From Proteromonas lacertae (lineage: Eukaryota), in NCBI GenBank assembly GCA_002245135.1, contig NGBS01000603.1:1-64000 (forward strand): a stretch of DNA of 64,000 bases, in the 5' to 3' direction. Below are positions 10,801 through 25,940 of the stretch, piece by piece (within the stretch, counting starts at the first letter, position 1; each line of letters starts with the position of its first letter). Position numbers and translations under genes: made by a program. The notes under the pieces were generated by a model. It did not search any database and had not been told where the DNA came from. It saw only the letters and a list, made by a program, of their open reading frames with translations.

Positions 10801-12843
10801 ATGATTATTAATCTCTTGAGCCAGTTTATTCTGCAATTCTTCCAATTTACGATTCTTTAATCTGATTTGTTCTTTTCTATCATCATCATCATCATCATCA
10901 TCATTTCCTATTCCATTGATCTTCATTCTTTCTCTTTGGCTTTCAATTTCTAATTCTTTATATCTTATTTCATTCTTTAAAATCTTTATTTGATTCTATA
11001 TGTATAAAAATAAACATTATATATACATTCAATTCTTCATTCTCATTCTTAAACTTCACCAATTCTTGTAGTGTCTTTGCATCATTGTTATTATCTCCAC
11101 CATTTCCACCATTATTGTTACTGTTTTGTGTCTGGTTAAACATCATTTGTTGATCTTCATAATCAACATCCATTTGATTATTCTCTTTATAAGACTTAAT
11201 ACGATTCTATTTATTAATATATTATTAATACATTTATTAATTCCATTAAACTTTCTATATCTTTACTATCAGTCTTCTTACTCTCATTCTCTAATAAATG
11301 ACTGAATTGTTCATCTGTTAACTCACTTTCCAATAAAATAATGTATTTCTATAAAATAGTAAATGATAACTATACATTTTTATTAGTCAATTCTGCTTCT
11401 AATATCTTCAATTGTGAATCTTTCCTATTATTATCAGCTTCACACAATTTCAACTGTTTTCTCTCATTGTATTCAGCTAAACGAACTTCTAATAACTTCT
11501 GATTGGTTAATTGGACTTTATTCCATAATTCTAAATGATTATTATTTAACGGATTCTTTTCTAAATCTGCTTTAAACTGTTCTACATCTTCTTTAACATT
11601 CTCTAATGATTCATTTCTTATTTTTAACCTTTCTGCTTCACTTTCTGTTGCTATTAATTGTTGTTCCATTGATTCTACTTTCTTGGATAATTCATTATTA
11701 CTTCTTTTCAGTGTTTGTATATCATTTAATATTGTTTTTATTATACTATTTCCTTTTCCTTGTTCTAATAGCAAAATATACTCTTTCATTGCTTGCATTT
11801 CCTTCTTATAATCTTGCTATTCAATAAATACATAAATACAATAATAATAATACAGTAATTTTCATGTATTTTTCTTTCAGTTTATCACAGGCTCGATCTA
11901 AGGTTTGAATAGTAATTTCTTTTTGTTTCAAATCATTCACCAAGTTGGTTTTGTACTTCTCCAATTGTTGATAATTTGTCTTGTAATTGTATAATTGTTC
12001 ATGTAACTTGGCTATAATAGCTGTATCATTTGTCCTACTCATTGCATTGTCAATCTTCTCTTGTAGTAGTCTCAATACTTCCTGTTTATCTTTTTGTGCA
12101 AGTTGTTCAATTGTTTGTTCAATTACTTCAGGTTGTGTCTCAATATCAGCATAAGTATCAGTCATTGACTATATAAATAATAAATTAATAATAATACTTT
12201 AATCTTCTCAAGTTGTGCTTCTCTTATACAATTAGTAGAATTATATAAATTCAATAATATATTATATGATTCTGTAGCATGTTTTAGTTTTATCTCCAAT
12301 TCATTATTTGTATTTTTAATCTGTTTTAATTCATCTAATAACTCATTATATTGAGTAGTTTGATGTTCATATTCACTATTCAGTCGATTATAATCGTCAG
12401 CTGTGTTTGAAAGTGATATTTGTTTTTCCAAATCTTTAATTTTACTCCTTAAGTCATTATTCTGTAGTGTTTGTGCATTTAAATCTCTTTGAAGTTTATC
12501 AATATCATCATTTAACTTTCTCTTTATTTCTTCATACATTTGCTTATATTGATTCTAAATATAACCCAATATATAATAAAAAATATATACGTTACTACTA
12601 TCTCTGATTACTGCTATTGCTTCATCAGCTGTTATTCCTTTTTCTTTGAGAATTGATTTATTGATTTCATCTTTAGATTTCAATTCATGATTCTTTTGTT
12701 CAATATCTTGTTTCTGCAAATTATTGATTCTTTTCAATTCTGAATTCTCTCTTCTCAATTGGTTCAATTCATCTTGTTTAGTCAAAACATCAGTTGTTTC
12801 AAGTATTTGGATTAAAAACTGTTTATCAAACATTGAATCATTC

Positions 12844-12890
<47 letters not shown>

Positions 12891-15569
12891 TACATCTTTT
12901 GGTCTATGTTTCAAGTATTCTTTCATAATATTATCTTGTGTTTCAATCGTATACATTGCTCCTTTCTTCCACAGTTCTAAATATAATACTCTATACTTCA
13001 ATGTAGTCTCAATATTCACTAATCGATAGTTCAACTTATTATTCTCATCCTCCAATTGATTACATTGTATTTTATAGTATCTCTTCTCTCTGTCTAATTT
13101 CAATTTATCTACCTCTGAAGCTGCATGTTCTAATATTAACCTATTCTTATCACTATGTGGATCATTCACATCTAATCTCTTCTTATATTCATTATTGGCT
13201 GTCTCAAACTCCTGAAGTTCATTTTGTAGCTTTTCAATCATTTTGTCTTTCTCTTCAATTGTTTCATTGTATGATTTTACTTTTTTATGATATTCTTCAT
13301 ATAATTGATATTGTATATCTAAAAATTGAGTTATATTCTTTGCATATTGTTTCAAATTATTGGATATTTCATCCAAATCAACATCTTGTGCATATAATTC
13401 TTCAACTGTATATAATAATAAACCATAAATATTAATCAATTCATCTTGAATCTCAGGTGGATATGATGATATCAAGTTCTTATACTCTTCAAAGAATCTT
13501 ATTCCACTTAATCCTTCAGGATTCAATCCATTTGGATCAATTGTTATACCAATTTGTTGGTTTTGTAAATTGTTATTATTATTCGATGGACTTAATAATC
13601 CTTGTCTTGAGCCAGGACTGAATAGTGATCTTCTACTACCATAACCTGCTTTATATAACATTGATTGACGTGGATTCATTGGAGCTGTATTATCAAGTAT
13701 TTCTTCTTCTATTTCATCTAATCTTCTCATCTATATATTTATATATTTAAATTATTATTATACGATTTCTGAATTATCTGCATTACCACCTCCTTGCATT
13801 GGTATTGTAACTGTAGGTGTATTATTCACTTTATCTTTTAACTCTTGAATTAGATTAATCAAACTGTCATATTTCTCATTTGAAATATTATCATTATTTG
13901 TATTGTTATTTAACATACTGTTTCTTAACTTATCTAATTTCTCTTCATAGTCATTTCGTATATTACTTATTTCACTATCATATTCTCTTTTCTGTTTGTG
14001 TAATTCATTCTTTAATCTTTGTATTTCTTCTTCACTTTCTGCTAATCTTTCTTTATATTCCAATGGACCAAGTAATTCATCATTATTTAATAATGCTTCA
14101 ATAAATGCTAAGACCTTATTGATATTTTGATAACTTAGTTTTGGTAAATCTGGATTATTATAGCCCAAATATTGACAAGCTCTATTTCATAGTAATATAG
14201 GAAATTAATATATACTCTAACACAGCTTGTAATCTCTTATTCTCTTCTTCTAGGTTATTACAGTAAGCAGCTAAATCTACACCTGGTTTTAGTAGATTAA
14301 CATCATTCACATTACTACCTTTAAAGTTATTAAACTCATCAATTGGAATGTTATATTTCTTATGTAAATATTCAATATATTCTCTTAAATGACCATAGAA
14401 TTTATCATTTACTTGTTTATCTTCTTCTAGTCTCTATTCATTATTAATAATATATTAAAATACTCTTATTTCTAACTGCAAGTTGTTATTCTCTTCAATA
14501 GCACGTTGTAATCCATCTTCCTTAATATCTCCATTGTATATCTTTTCCAACATCTCCTTCTCATTCGTTACTTCACTCAATTCATTCTCTAATTGTTCAA
14601 TATTACTTCTTAGTATCACAATCTCACCTGGAGCAGCTGTTCTAACTATACCTGGAGGTGGTTGTCCTCCTTTTTGACCTGGACGAAGTGAATTCTTCTC
14701 TCTATCCACCCATTCTACCACTAACTTTGCATCTTCTTTGTATTGGTCGATTTGTCTTTTGTATTTTTCTATTTCATTTTTTAATCTTTCATTCTCTTCC
14801 TGGTATATATTTGTCACTGGAGCTGCTCTTGAACTTTCTGTACTACTTTCTAAACCACTTTCGTTTAATTTTTCTAAGTTCTTTTCTTTTTCTAATCTTA
14901 ATTCATTTTCTAATACTTTTATTTGATCATCCATTTTATTGATCTCCTCTTTAAATTTTCCCATTTCTAACTTATCATTATCGATTTCCTGCAATAATAG
15001 GTAATTTTCGTTTTCTATTTCCTGAAAATGTTTTTCTTTTTCTCTCTCATCTCTTATGGTTTGTTGAAGTTCGCCTACATTTCGTTCTAATTGACTAATT
15101 TTCTCATCTTTTTCTTTTAACTGTTCTTTCATCACTTCATTGTCGCTTTGGATTGTAGATGATTGTTGTGATAATTCTTTCAATAGATTATCTTTTATTT
15201 CATATTTTTTCTTTAATTCTTCACTTAATCTCAGAATAGCTTCATATTCTTTTAATAAGGAAGTATATTTAGCTTTAGGTACAACAGTTGGATCTTCGGC
15301 CTTATTTTTTGATCCTTGTTGTTGAACCATTTCCTGTAATTTTTGATTTGTCTATTGAATAAAGTAAACCAAAAATAATACTTCGAGCAATAACATCTTA
15401 CTTCTATTTTCTTGCTGTAGCTGGTCTTCGATTTCTTGAACTCTTCTCTGTAAACGATCAACCTCCATTTTCTTCTCATTATACTCAGAAGTTAACCGAT
15501 CGATTTCTCTCTTCTGATATTCACTATATAGAAATTATAGATATCATAGAAAGCTTACAATTGACTCAT
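7830..15569 (-). CDS. CEP290: CEP290-like centrosomal/transition-zone coiled-coil protein, many exons
   Basis: Chain of coiled-coil exons separated by tiny introns; C-terminal LSAFDSNFFDEIEDLKYKY matches the conserved CEP290 tail motif. Confidence 0.8.
12844..12890. repeat. (TAA)n microsatellite inside an intron
   Basis: About 15 TAA units between the minus-strand GT and AG. Confidence 0.9.
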
Positions 15570-15672
15570 TTTTAAATCAACTTTTGAATCAGAAACGAAT
15601 ATAAATTTTAAAACTTATTGTGACAAATTTACACTGGTAAATTACCTTAGAAAAAGTTTAGAAATTTTTTGA

Positions 15673-17431
15673 ATGATTGGACTGTTTTCAGCTGCTTCAC
15701 TCATTAGAAGGAATCACACATTTGAAGACCCTGAATTTGAACCATTTTACAATTCCTTGACTGCAGCAGAGTCAGCCATTAAGTACATCCATACTAGGTT
15801 GATTTTATAGGTTTTTGTACAAATCAGCTGAAGAATTTTCAAGTTCAGTAGATCAATTTTCACGACAATTTGAAAATTACTATAAGAATTCAGAAATCTT
15901 TTATTCTTTATTTCAACCAGGTTCAGAATTATACGATGATGTAGCAAGATATCAGCAAGCTAGTAAATACATAAACTTAAAGCATCCAACACTTGTCGTA
16001 TGATTAAATCAAAATATGATGTTTAGAAATCTACAATCGATGAAGAATTACTCATAGAAGCTGATATAAAACTCAAGCAATGTCAAACACTACTTCAAAA
16101 TATTGAAAATAGAGATGATCTATATAAAAAGACAAAATTAGTATAAATGACATATCTAACATATTGTAATAGTTAGAAGATCAATTAGCTTTATTAATGG
16201 AAGCAAGTACAGAAGAAGAAAGGATTAAAACTCTGTCAGTTCAAGTATCAGATTTAAAAAATCAACTGGAACAAAGCACGAATATACTAAAAAATGAATT
16301 AACAGTCTATGAATCAACTTTAACAGAATCATTTGGAAAATTATTCCATATGTATCGAGATTGTCAAATTAATTACTTCCGTACTGGTCATCTTAGTTTT
16401 GAAGAGTCTAATGCAGAACCAATACTTTCATCGAGAACAATAGATAGACATCAAACTGTATATATAATTAAAAATATTGTTTTTATTTTTTACTAGTTAT
16501 CAATAAGTAATAGTTTACTTGAAATTGGTGCTGGAAAATCACACAACTTATCAATTGATATGAAGAAAGATGAAAGTTTAACATGGAAATTCAGAACTGA
16601 AGCAAAAGATATTGGATTTCAAGTTGATTTTAAGAAGAATAATGAACCTTCAATTCCTTGTCAAGTAATATTCCCATATCAGCGATTAGAAGCAGATAAG
16701 GAAACACAAATGTATATACAATTATATATTATTATATTATATTATTATATTGATAGTGGCACATTTACTGCAGATAGTGATGGTAGATTAATTTTAAATT
16801 TTGATAATAAATATTCTTACTTTAGATCTAAAGTGGTTGGTTATATATATGGTCCAACTGGATCTGATTTTGATCAATATATTGAAGAGAATATAAATGA
16901 ATTATCTGATTTAATTATTAGTCTATCTGATACACATGTCAAGAAAGAAGAAGAAGAAGAAGAAGTAATAGAAGAAGAGGAAAAGAAAGAAGAAAAGGAA
17001 GAAGAAAATAATGATGATGAAGGAATGACAAGACAAAATGCAGTAATGACTGAAGTTGAAACAGAAGAAGAAACAATCATGTTTAATAAACAACAGCCAG
17101 TAGAACAACCGCAAGAAAAAGCCCAGTAGAACAATCACAACAACAACCTCAAGAACAACCACAACCAGAATCTGTTAATGATAACAATGAAGAAGCAGCA
17201 CCACCACTACCATCATCAACTAATGAAGAAAGTGAAGTAAATAATAATACTGATATTGTTAATGAAGGAGAATCAAATAATAATGATAATGAAGAAAATA
17301 CTGGAGGAAAAAAAAACGAAGAAAAAGAAAAGGAGGTAGAAAATGATCAACAAGGTGATAACAATCATAATGATGATAATGGATGGGAAGGTATACCTTT
17401 ATATTATTAATTTCTAGAATTTGATAGTTAA
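15673..17431 (+). CDS. GOLD-domain protein with helical N-terminus and acidic tail
   Basis: LTWKFRTEAKDIGF...GRLILNFDNKYSYFRSKVV is the GOLD signature; several introns; probable frameshift near 17125. Confidence 0.8.
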
Positions 17432-17590
17432 TTGTATCAATTTTTCCTTAATTTGTTTCTATTATATAGTATTATGTTTATTTTGTTGTTTAAATCAACT
17501 GAAAATGAATGATCATTATCTTCAATGTGTTTTAAAAATAGAGTGAGTAATGCTTGAACAAACAAATCTTTTATTTATAAAAAGCTAAAA

Positions 17591-18200
17591 ATGAATCCAC
17601 ATACTGTGAGATCGTCAGTAAATCGGTTTGGTTATCTAAGCCGAAGATATATGTTAACTGTTGGAGCAGATGTAAATATAAAACCAATAACACATGACTT
17701 AAAAGACGAGCATGATTTAACCAATTTTGTATTAATAAATGGTATTGCTTTTGTTTTATAAATATTAATGCAGGTTTACCTGACGGTTTAGAATTAGAGA
17801 ATTCAACAGGAGAGATACATGGTGTTCCAGAATATGCTACAACTGGAGATATTCAAATAGAAATATCTTGTGAAGATTTAAAATTTGATCCTCCAGACAA
17901 TTTACGATATTTTACTCTAGAATTTAATATTGAAGATGTAGAAACAGTTCCTAAAACTCCAGATTTTAGAGATCTGTATAATACATATAATATACAAGGA
18001 AGAAATGAAGTTATTACACCAACTTCTACCAATTCTATTAATTCTCCTTCCACACCAGATTTTTCAGCTTTAGTAGATTTATCATATAAATTTAAGCATG
18101 AAGAATGTATTTGTTGTTTAATATTTCTATCAAATAGGGTATTTTTCAATCGTTCTACTATTCAATATTATTGAATTAGTATTTGTAATGTTAATTTAGT
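17591..18200 (+). CDS. Small putative-Ig (He_PIG) domain protein with a C-terminal hydrophobic segment
   Basis: Spliced reading gives GLPDGLELENSTGEIHGVP; 3' end uncertain. Confidence 0.55.
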
Positions 18201-18312
18201 ATAATCTTATATTTATCTATTTAAATGATAGTTATAAAGTTTTATTTAAACCCAATTTTGGTTATTATTCAATAATAATAGTTTTCATTTATTTTGTCAA
18301 CTTTTCTTACCA

Positions 18313-19043
18313 ATGCAAGAAGTTAGATTTCATCTATAAAGATCACATTTTTGAGATTATATTCTATATGGCAGTTCTTGCTATTCTAGTATAATACTAT
18401 ATAATATTATATGTTTATATATATACATATATAGAATGTGTTATTCAATAGTATTTTAGATAATTATATTCAATCCTATTTACTTATTTATTATTATTCT
18501 GCAACTATTATAATGACATGCGTATTGTATGTAATATGGAAAGTGCCAAGGTTCAAAACAACATTCGTTATTGTATAATATATATATAATATTATAAAAT
18601 ATTATACTGATAAATATAAATAGAAAGAAAAACGTAATTTATCAGAAAAAGCACAATTGATATGTAGAATAATCCTGTGGTTTATGTTTGCACTGATTTC
18701 GTTGATTTTCATATTTACATTTAAAACTGATTTTTATTCTACTTATCTACTGCTTATACTGACTCTATATTATTGTTGTTTGACAGTTGTGTATTGTAGA
18801 TCAATTCTTGCACCTAAAACACTGCTTAAATTACAGTATAAATATGTTATTATGATGAATAGTATATATGTGAGAGGAAGATATCATTTTATTGGTGGAA
18901 TATTTTATGGTGTGTTTTATTATGTTAGAAAGATTATATCAGGATATCAAAGAGGAAAAGAGACGTTTAAAATAGAAAAGAAAGATATTAATGACGTTGA
19001 TATTCAAATAAGCAATTATACTAGTCCCAAACCAACTAAATAA
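18313..19043 (+). CDS. Hypothetical multi-pass membrane protein
   Basis: Hydrophobic exons, last exon ORF 18657-19043. Confidence 0.45.
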
Positions 19044-19163
19044 TAGAAATTAGTTAATAATAGTTCATTTAATGCAATTGTTTATGTGTTATAATTTCAT
19101 TTACCAAATAAAAAAACTCAAAAATCTATTTATTTTTATTTTTATATACAAATCGAACAAAAT

Positions 19164-21135
19164 CTATAATTCTGTCTTATTTCATCACAAATTCGATTAT
19201 TTTCACATTTATTCTTTGATAAGCCAAGAGCTTGAAGATGTTTCAAACATGATAATGATGAATTGATCATTTTGAAACCTTCAACATCTATTTGATTATC
19301 TATTTTACAATCAGACAATGTGAATAAATACTATAAAGATTCAATAGTTCAAGCTTTGGTATATAATTCAAATTCTCACAGATATAAGATACACATTCAT
19401 CATCAACGAGATTCTCTGCTAAACATAATGTTTCTAGTTTTGTTATATGTTTAAATGCTGTTGATAGACTCTGAATACCTTCTCTACCTATTCTATTTTC
19501 TATTTATTAAATGATTCTTAGAAAATTATGTTATACTAAACAAGTACAATTCCTGTAGATTTGACATATAGCTCAGATTCTCTGATATGTATTTCATTCC
19601 AACATCTGACATATTATTCTCTAAAATATATGAAAGATAATAAAGATAATAAACAAACTTCCTAATCCCAAATTCTTAAGATTTGGTAAGAATTTCATGT
19701 AATGTGAAAATATTATTATATTTTCATCTCCTAAATTGTTTCTATAAAATGATAATTCTGTAAGTTCACATATATTTGGAATGGTATAACATATTTTTTC
19801 AAAACAATATTTTGAAAGATTATTATCTACTAAATATAACTTACTTAATGGCTGTATATATTTCATTACTTCACTTACTATTTCCATTAGTTCATCTGAC
19901 AAATGAAAATCTAAACAAATGATTGAATGATTATATATAATTACAAGAGATGTTCCAGAAATAATGAGGTTTAATTGAATCTATAATCAGTCTATGTTCA
20001 TCATTTAAGTAATTCAAATTGTGTTGAAATGTATCTTTAAGATAAAAATCTTCAAAGATGAGAAGAATAATGAGAAGTAATGATTCTTTGATGTTACTCT
20101 GATTATTATAGCATTCTATTATATATTTGATTAAACCTTTTTCTATTTTTATCTTTTGAATGATATTCTTATTTTCTGAGAGTAAAACCATTATATCATT
20201 CAGATTGATTAATGAACATTCAACTAAATTAGGAATTTCTAATGGTTCTTTCTCATTAAAATCAATTTCAAGTTTATCAATTATTTTGATTACTTCACTG
20301 GATGATTTTCTTTCATTAGTATCAACCTTCAACATCTCATCAATCAAATCAGAAACAATTACATTATTCATGTTAATTCCATTGATTTTGATAAAATTTC
20401 CACTTAATATATTTGCAATCATATCATTGATTGAATCAAATTTTTCAAATGGAGTATATCCAACTAATAATTTATAAGCAATACAACCTAATGACCATAT
20501 ATCACTATTTGTAGTAATTTCATTATTCTTCAATACTTCTGGACTTATAAACATTAAGTTCTGTATTTTATAATCAACCAAGAATGATGTAAGTAAATAT
20601 TGACAATAATCAGAAAGAATAACATCTCCATTTTTATCAATTAATACATTTGATGGTTTTAAATTACCATGAACAATATTGTTTCTGTGTAATTCATATA
20701 AACAACAAGATATTTGATAAATGTATTTAATCAGCGAAACTGTATTGCAGATTCCTAAACGTTGACTTTCTATAGAACCATTTGGATAATATGGGATGGA
20801 TATAATAATCCTATTTCTTCTCTGGTATACTAAAATATTGATAGGAACGAGATTTACACCACCAATTGTGTTTATATAAACATTCTAAAGATAATGATTG
20901 GAAAAAATACATATTTCTGTGTTTTATTCATAGGTATTGATTGAATATCTATATATTTTATACACATGGTTGTATTTTCATCATCTTGTTTACTTACTTT
21001 GTAACATCCAATGTTTGAAGAAATTCTAAGTGGAATAACTGTCGTAAAACTTAAATCATGGCTTAATAATTTCTAAAGAAATTATAATATCATCACACAA
21101 ACACACCCAATCATAATTAGGCAATCCATATTCAT
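19164..21135 (-). CDS. Protein kinase-like domain plus C-terminal RNI-type leucine-rich repeats
   Basis: HGNLKPSN, FISPE, SDIWSLGC; LSKLYLVDNNL and LTELSFYRNNLGD repeats. Confidence 0.85.
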
Positions 21136-21465
21136 ATAGTTGTTGAAAGATATACATAATGTTCAAATATACTTATACTACTGCTAATTAAACTTAAAAA
21201 TCGTTAAACAAAAAACACGATAATACCTCTTCGATACACGACATTCTATCATTTACGCCTCTAATCCAACATATTTATAAATATTTAATTGTCATTGTGA
21301 TTAAACGCTTAATATTGAATGAGAAAAAAAGAAAAAGAAAAAACGAAACGAATATGTTTGATAGATATTCAAACCTATACAATTTTCATTTTGTTATTTA
21401 ATTCATATCACAAACAATAATATATATATATATATAAATTTAATTTGAAATAATTACTATTCATA

Positions 21466-23432
21466 TCAATTTAATAATGAATTTATGGATCTCTTCTTCA
21501 TTTTTGGCCAATCAGGATTAATCAACTCCAATTCAGGTAAATCAGTATAATCTATTTCAATATCAGGATAATTACTAATAGTTTTAGTAAAATTCTCTTT
21601 TGAATAGCATTTTTCACAATAATCATTAACATTAAACTTATATTTAGCTATACAATAACAGGCATGTTTACATGGTATTCCAAAGTATCTATACTCACCA
21701 CAATTACAATATTTTTTCTTCAAATCAGTAATATAATTCACAACTTTCTTTGTATTCTTTGTTGTCTCATTTACTTCATATTTTCCTTCACTTATTTTCT
21801 TTGCTGTTAATCCAACATTATCATTACTGTTTTCACATATTTTATTATATATTTTATCATTAACTTGATGTTCCCATGAATTCATAATTTTTTCTCTTTC
21901 CCTTTCATTTTCAGTGACAAATCTGTGAATAAACAATGGAATTAAAGGAATAAAAACATATGGAATCTTTCCTAACAAAGTATTAAATTCTGATACTAAT
22001 TTATTACCTAAATTTCCATATAGTTTATGTTTAATTTCAAATCTTCGCCATGGTCCTTCTATTCCTTTTAAATAATTCAATAAACAAGTGTTTATATGAT
22101 TTGAATTATATTTTTTCTTTTCTAAGTCTTCAATCATTCTATCATATTCATCTTTTGTTTTACATTTCCCTAATTCAACTATTTTATCAAATGTTGAGGT
22201 ATTTGTATCATTTGAATTAATAATACTTTGACCAACTGAAGTTATTGTTGTTGTTGTTGTTGTTGTTGTTGTGGTAGAAGATGTCATATTTGAATTACTA
22301 AATAGTTTATTCTTAAAATCTGAAGCAACACAGCATAAAGAATGAATATGTTCAACTGTTGGATAAACTGATTTTATTGCTTCATTTACACCATTATTAT
22401 AATCACTACAAAATGCAAATTTATCCTCATCATCCCCATCTTCTTCATTATCATCATCATCTTCTTCAGTTTCCATTTTTTCAACGACTGGTGGTGGTGG
22501 AGGTGTTGGTTGTTCTAAAGCATTGGTATTATCTTTTTTTGATCTACCTCCCTTTGTTCTATTATTACTAGGAAGAGATGATGAAGCAGAAGAAGAAGAT
22601 TCTACAATTGGCAATGGAATAGCATTTGTATCTTCAGTTCTTTGTGGATATTCCAATCCTTTGTATTTCAAAAACTTAATAAATTCTCTCCAATTTTCTA
22701 CGTTTTCTTTTTCACAGATACTATATCCTAATAAACAGATTTTATTACATCCATCAATCACTAATGCACACAATAAAACTCCACCTAAACTACTTCTTAA
22801 TTCATAAGATGATAAATAGATTATTTTTTGATATAAATTTAAGTCTTTTAATACATTTTCATACACTGCAAAGAAACTGATGAATCTGTTTTTATCTGTT
22901 TTAATGTGGTATTGGAAAGATGGACATGTAAACTGTATTTTACTCAATAATGATCTTAACTTACTAAATTGTTTTTCATCACTTCCAAAACAAATATCAA
23001 TAATTCTTCTTTTATAATAAGAAGCAGTTGTTTCTGTCATTCCTTTCTTTGTCTCAGCTTTTACAATTCGAATTAATCTAGATGGAGGTAAATAGGGTTC
23101 TTTAATGAGAACTGGTATTAAAATTTTGTAAATTTGTTTTGGAGTCAATAGTGGTCTTGCTTTCTTAGGTGGATCACCAATATCTAAGGATTTTTACATA
23201 TTTATAACGATACGAGTATGATTCTAGAAAAACTTTCTTTAATTTTATTGAGCCATCAATTTGCAAACGTCCTCTCAAGAATACTTTGCAATCCTTCCAT
23301 ATACATTCAAAATTATAGTATTGTCCAGTCCTGAACGAATGTAATTTTGATCCATCTATCTTTTCATATTCATGAACTGACTCTTTAAAGTCTTCATAAG
23401 AAGCAAATTTCGTACCTACTTTAAGATCCATA
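21466..23432 (-). CDS. MuDR/MULE transposase-derived protein with SWIM zinc finger
   Basis: LKVGTKFASYEDFK MuDR N-domain, GGVLLCALVIDGCN, EKENVENWREF, FCSD, CNCGEYRYFGIPCKHA SWIM; intron near 23185-23214 plus a 1-nt frameshift near 23220. Confidence 0.88.
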
Positions 23433-23995
23433 ATAAACTTTCTAAATCCTAACAAAATCGTCACATTAAAAATATACTGTAGTTAATAAGTGAATATGAC
23501 TTGGTTCTGACACTTTCTTTTGAAGGTCAATAAAAAATCAAACTACAGAATCAAGCCTGGGCTTGCTAATATGTCATTTTCGTTATATTGAGTGGCATTC
23601 TGAGTTTTGAACATCTTATTGGAAATACACAGTCATGCCATATCTTATGTGAGCATTTAAGATGGAAATAACACAAATTGGATCACATTACGACAGTTTA
23701 TTCCATGTTGTTTGAATTAATCATATATAATGAATATTCAAATATTATGAATTAATCTTATGGTAATTGTGAATTTTATATAAAATCAACAATTCAATAA
23801 ATTATTTCATTACTATATCAAGAAGACAATCAGCTTGTCGCAAAAATATAACTCAATTCAAATTAATTACATCTACAAAGATAAAAATAACAAAAAAAGA
23901 CATGTAGGCTTGATTCATGTCAAACCAGGAATTTAACTTAATTTAGCAAAATTCTCTTCATACACACAACATTTAATATATATAATTTATTTTAT

Positions 23996-25750
23996 TTAAT
24001 CTTCAATATTGTTACTTATATTTTCACAAAGCTTTTTAGTCTTTACCATTATTTTACTGGCTAATTTTCTTATATTTTCATTTCCAAACTTTACACAAAC
24101 CAATTTCAACAGTCTCATATATTCATCAAAATTGAGTAGTATGGAAATGATAGCTTCACTACTTGTTAAAAGTAAATCAAATAAAGACAGACATAACCCA
24201 ACTATCTCCTCATTATCACTATCCAAGCATTCCAGTAAGCTACTAATAGCATCAGCTTCTATGAAATTGTGTAGATTTTCACCTATTATAATTAATTACA
24301 AATAGATATATATACTATGATGGTCAATCAATATATAGGACATTCTCAACGATTCAACAACCACTTCACTTCTATTTCTCATATTTATATAAGGAATCAT
24401 TAATCGAATATAATTCGGAAAACCATTTTTTACAGTATTTTCATAATGATATAATAGCGGTTGTAGTAACTTCAATCCAATAATAGCTCCTTGTTGTAAA
24501 CAATAAACACATACAGCACAAATCAAACTAATCTCATTCTTTATTAAATCAGATTCTAAAGCACAAATAATTGCAAATATTCCAGCTATTATATAACCAC
24601 CTTTTGTGTCACTATTTTCAAAATTCTTACATAAACTATTAATCATTCCTTTCTCAGAAAGATATCTACATAAATTACGAATATAGTTTATATTGTTATT
24701 ATTACCATTATTTTTACTTAAATAATCTAATAACTTCTGCAAATTATCATTACTTGGATTTTTACCTTCCATTTTTATATCATCTACTAAATCCATAAAG
24801 TCTTTTCCTATTTCCATTTTTACAAACTCAGGTATAACTACCACTGGATCATTGGATTGTGGTTGCTCTTCTTGTGATGGTTCACTTTCTTTATTTTCTA
24901 CATTTTCAGCTGTTGCTGTTGATGTATCATCTTCAGTGGAATTAATATTCAATTCTGTTTTTATATACTCTATTAATTCTACAATGGTTGGTCTTAATTT
25001 CACATCAATATTTATACATTTCAATAATATCGTAGACAACTTGTTTTTATTATCATTATTATCACTATCATAAATACTTTTAACATTTCCGTTTTTATAA
25101 TAATATAATATTGTTTTACCTAAACTATAAATATCATTTTCTTTCTTTGATTCTTTACTCTCTTTTACTTCATTATCAATAAATATTTCTTTATAATTTC
25201 TTATACCACTCATATCTATATCCTTTTCTATACCATAACCTCCTACCTTGTATATATCATCTTTTATATAGATATTATTCGGTCGGATATTTCTATGAAT
25301 AATCTCATTTTTATGTAAATAATATAATCCTTTACTTATTTCGTATAGTATTTTACTTGCTTCATCTTCACTTGGAGTATATTTTCGCTTTATATTATCT
25401 TCTATAATACCTTCCAAATTTTGATAAAATAATTCACTTAGTATAAATACATATTCTTTTGTTGGAATAACCTCTACATATTTGCATACACTTTCATTAC
25501 TTATTTCCTTCAGTTTATTCAACTAACAGAGTAAAATACAAATAATACTTTGTCAGATTCTTTATCACTTTTCTCTTTTATTATTACCTTTAAATTAAAC
25601 AAAATACTCTCACCATTTTTGTTTACTATTAAATCTCCATAATTTGTTGAACTATTTAATATTAAACCTCCATCTTTTAATTTACTCTTTATTGTCTAAA
25701 AATAAAATCAAATACATTCATACTTTTGGACTAGATAGCGATGATCCCAT
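23996..25750 (-). CDS. Protein kinase-like (probable pseudokinase) with helical-repeat C-terminus
   Basis: MGSSLS start (possible myristoylation), IIHRNIRPNNI, KVGGYG, DIYSLG, RPTIVEL. Confidence 0.8.
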
Positions 25751-25940
25751 CAAATATTATATAACCGTTTTCTATTTTATTTTGAATATAGTCGTTTCAT
25801 ATATTTTGTTTTTCAAAAAATAACCAACAAAACCATCTTATATATCTCAATTAATATTATTTTATTTCTATATTCATTCATTTTACTCATTAAACCAACA
25901 ATATAAAAGAAATGATTATTATTAATAATTTTAATAAACA

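Noticed and set aside
12844..12890. Poly-Tyr tract or telomere-like repeat
   Set aside because: It is a TAA microsatellite within an intron that the ORF finder read through
7900..16923. Numerous Phe/Leu/Ser/Ile-rich short ORFs opposite coiled-coil exons
   Set aside because: Antisense shadows of Glu/Lys-rich coding sequence
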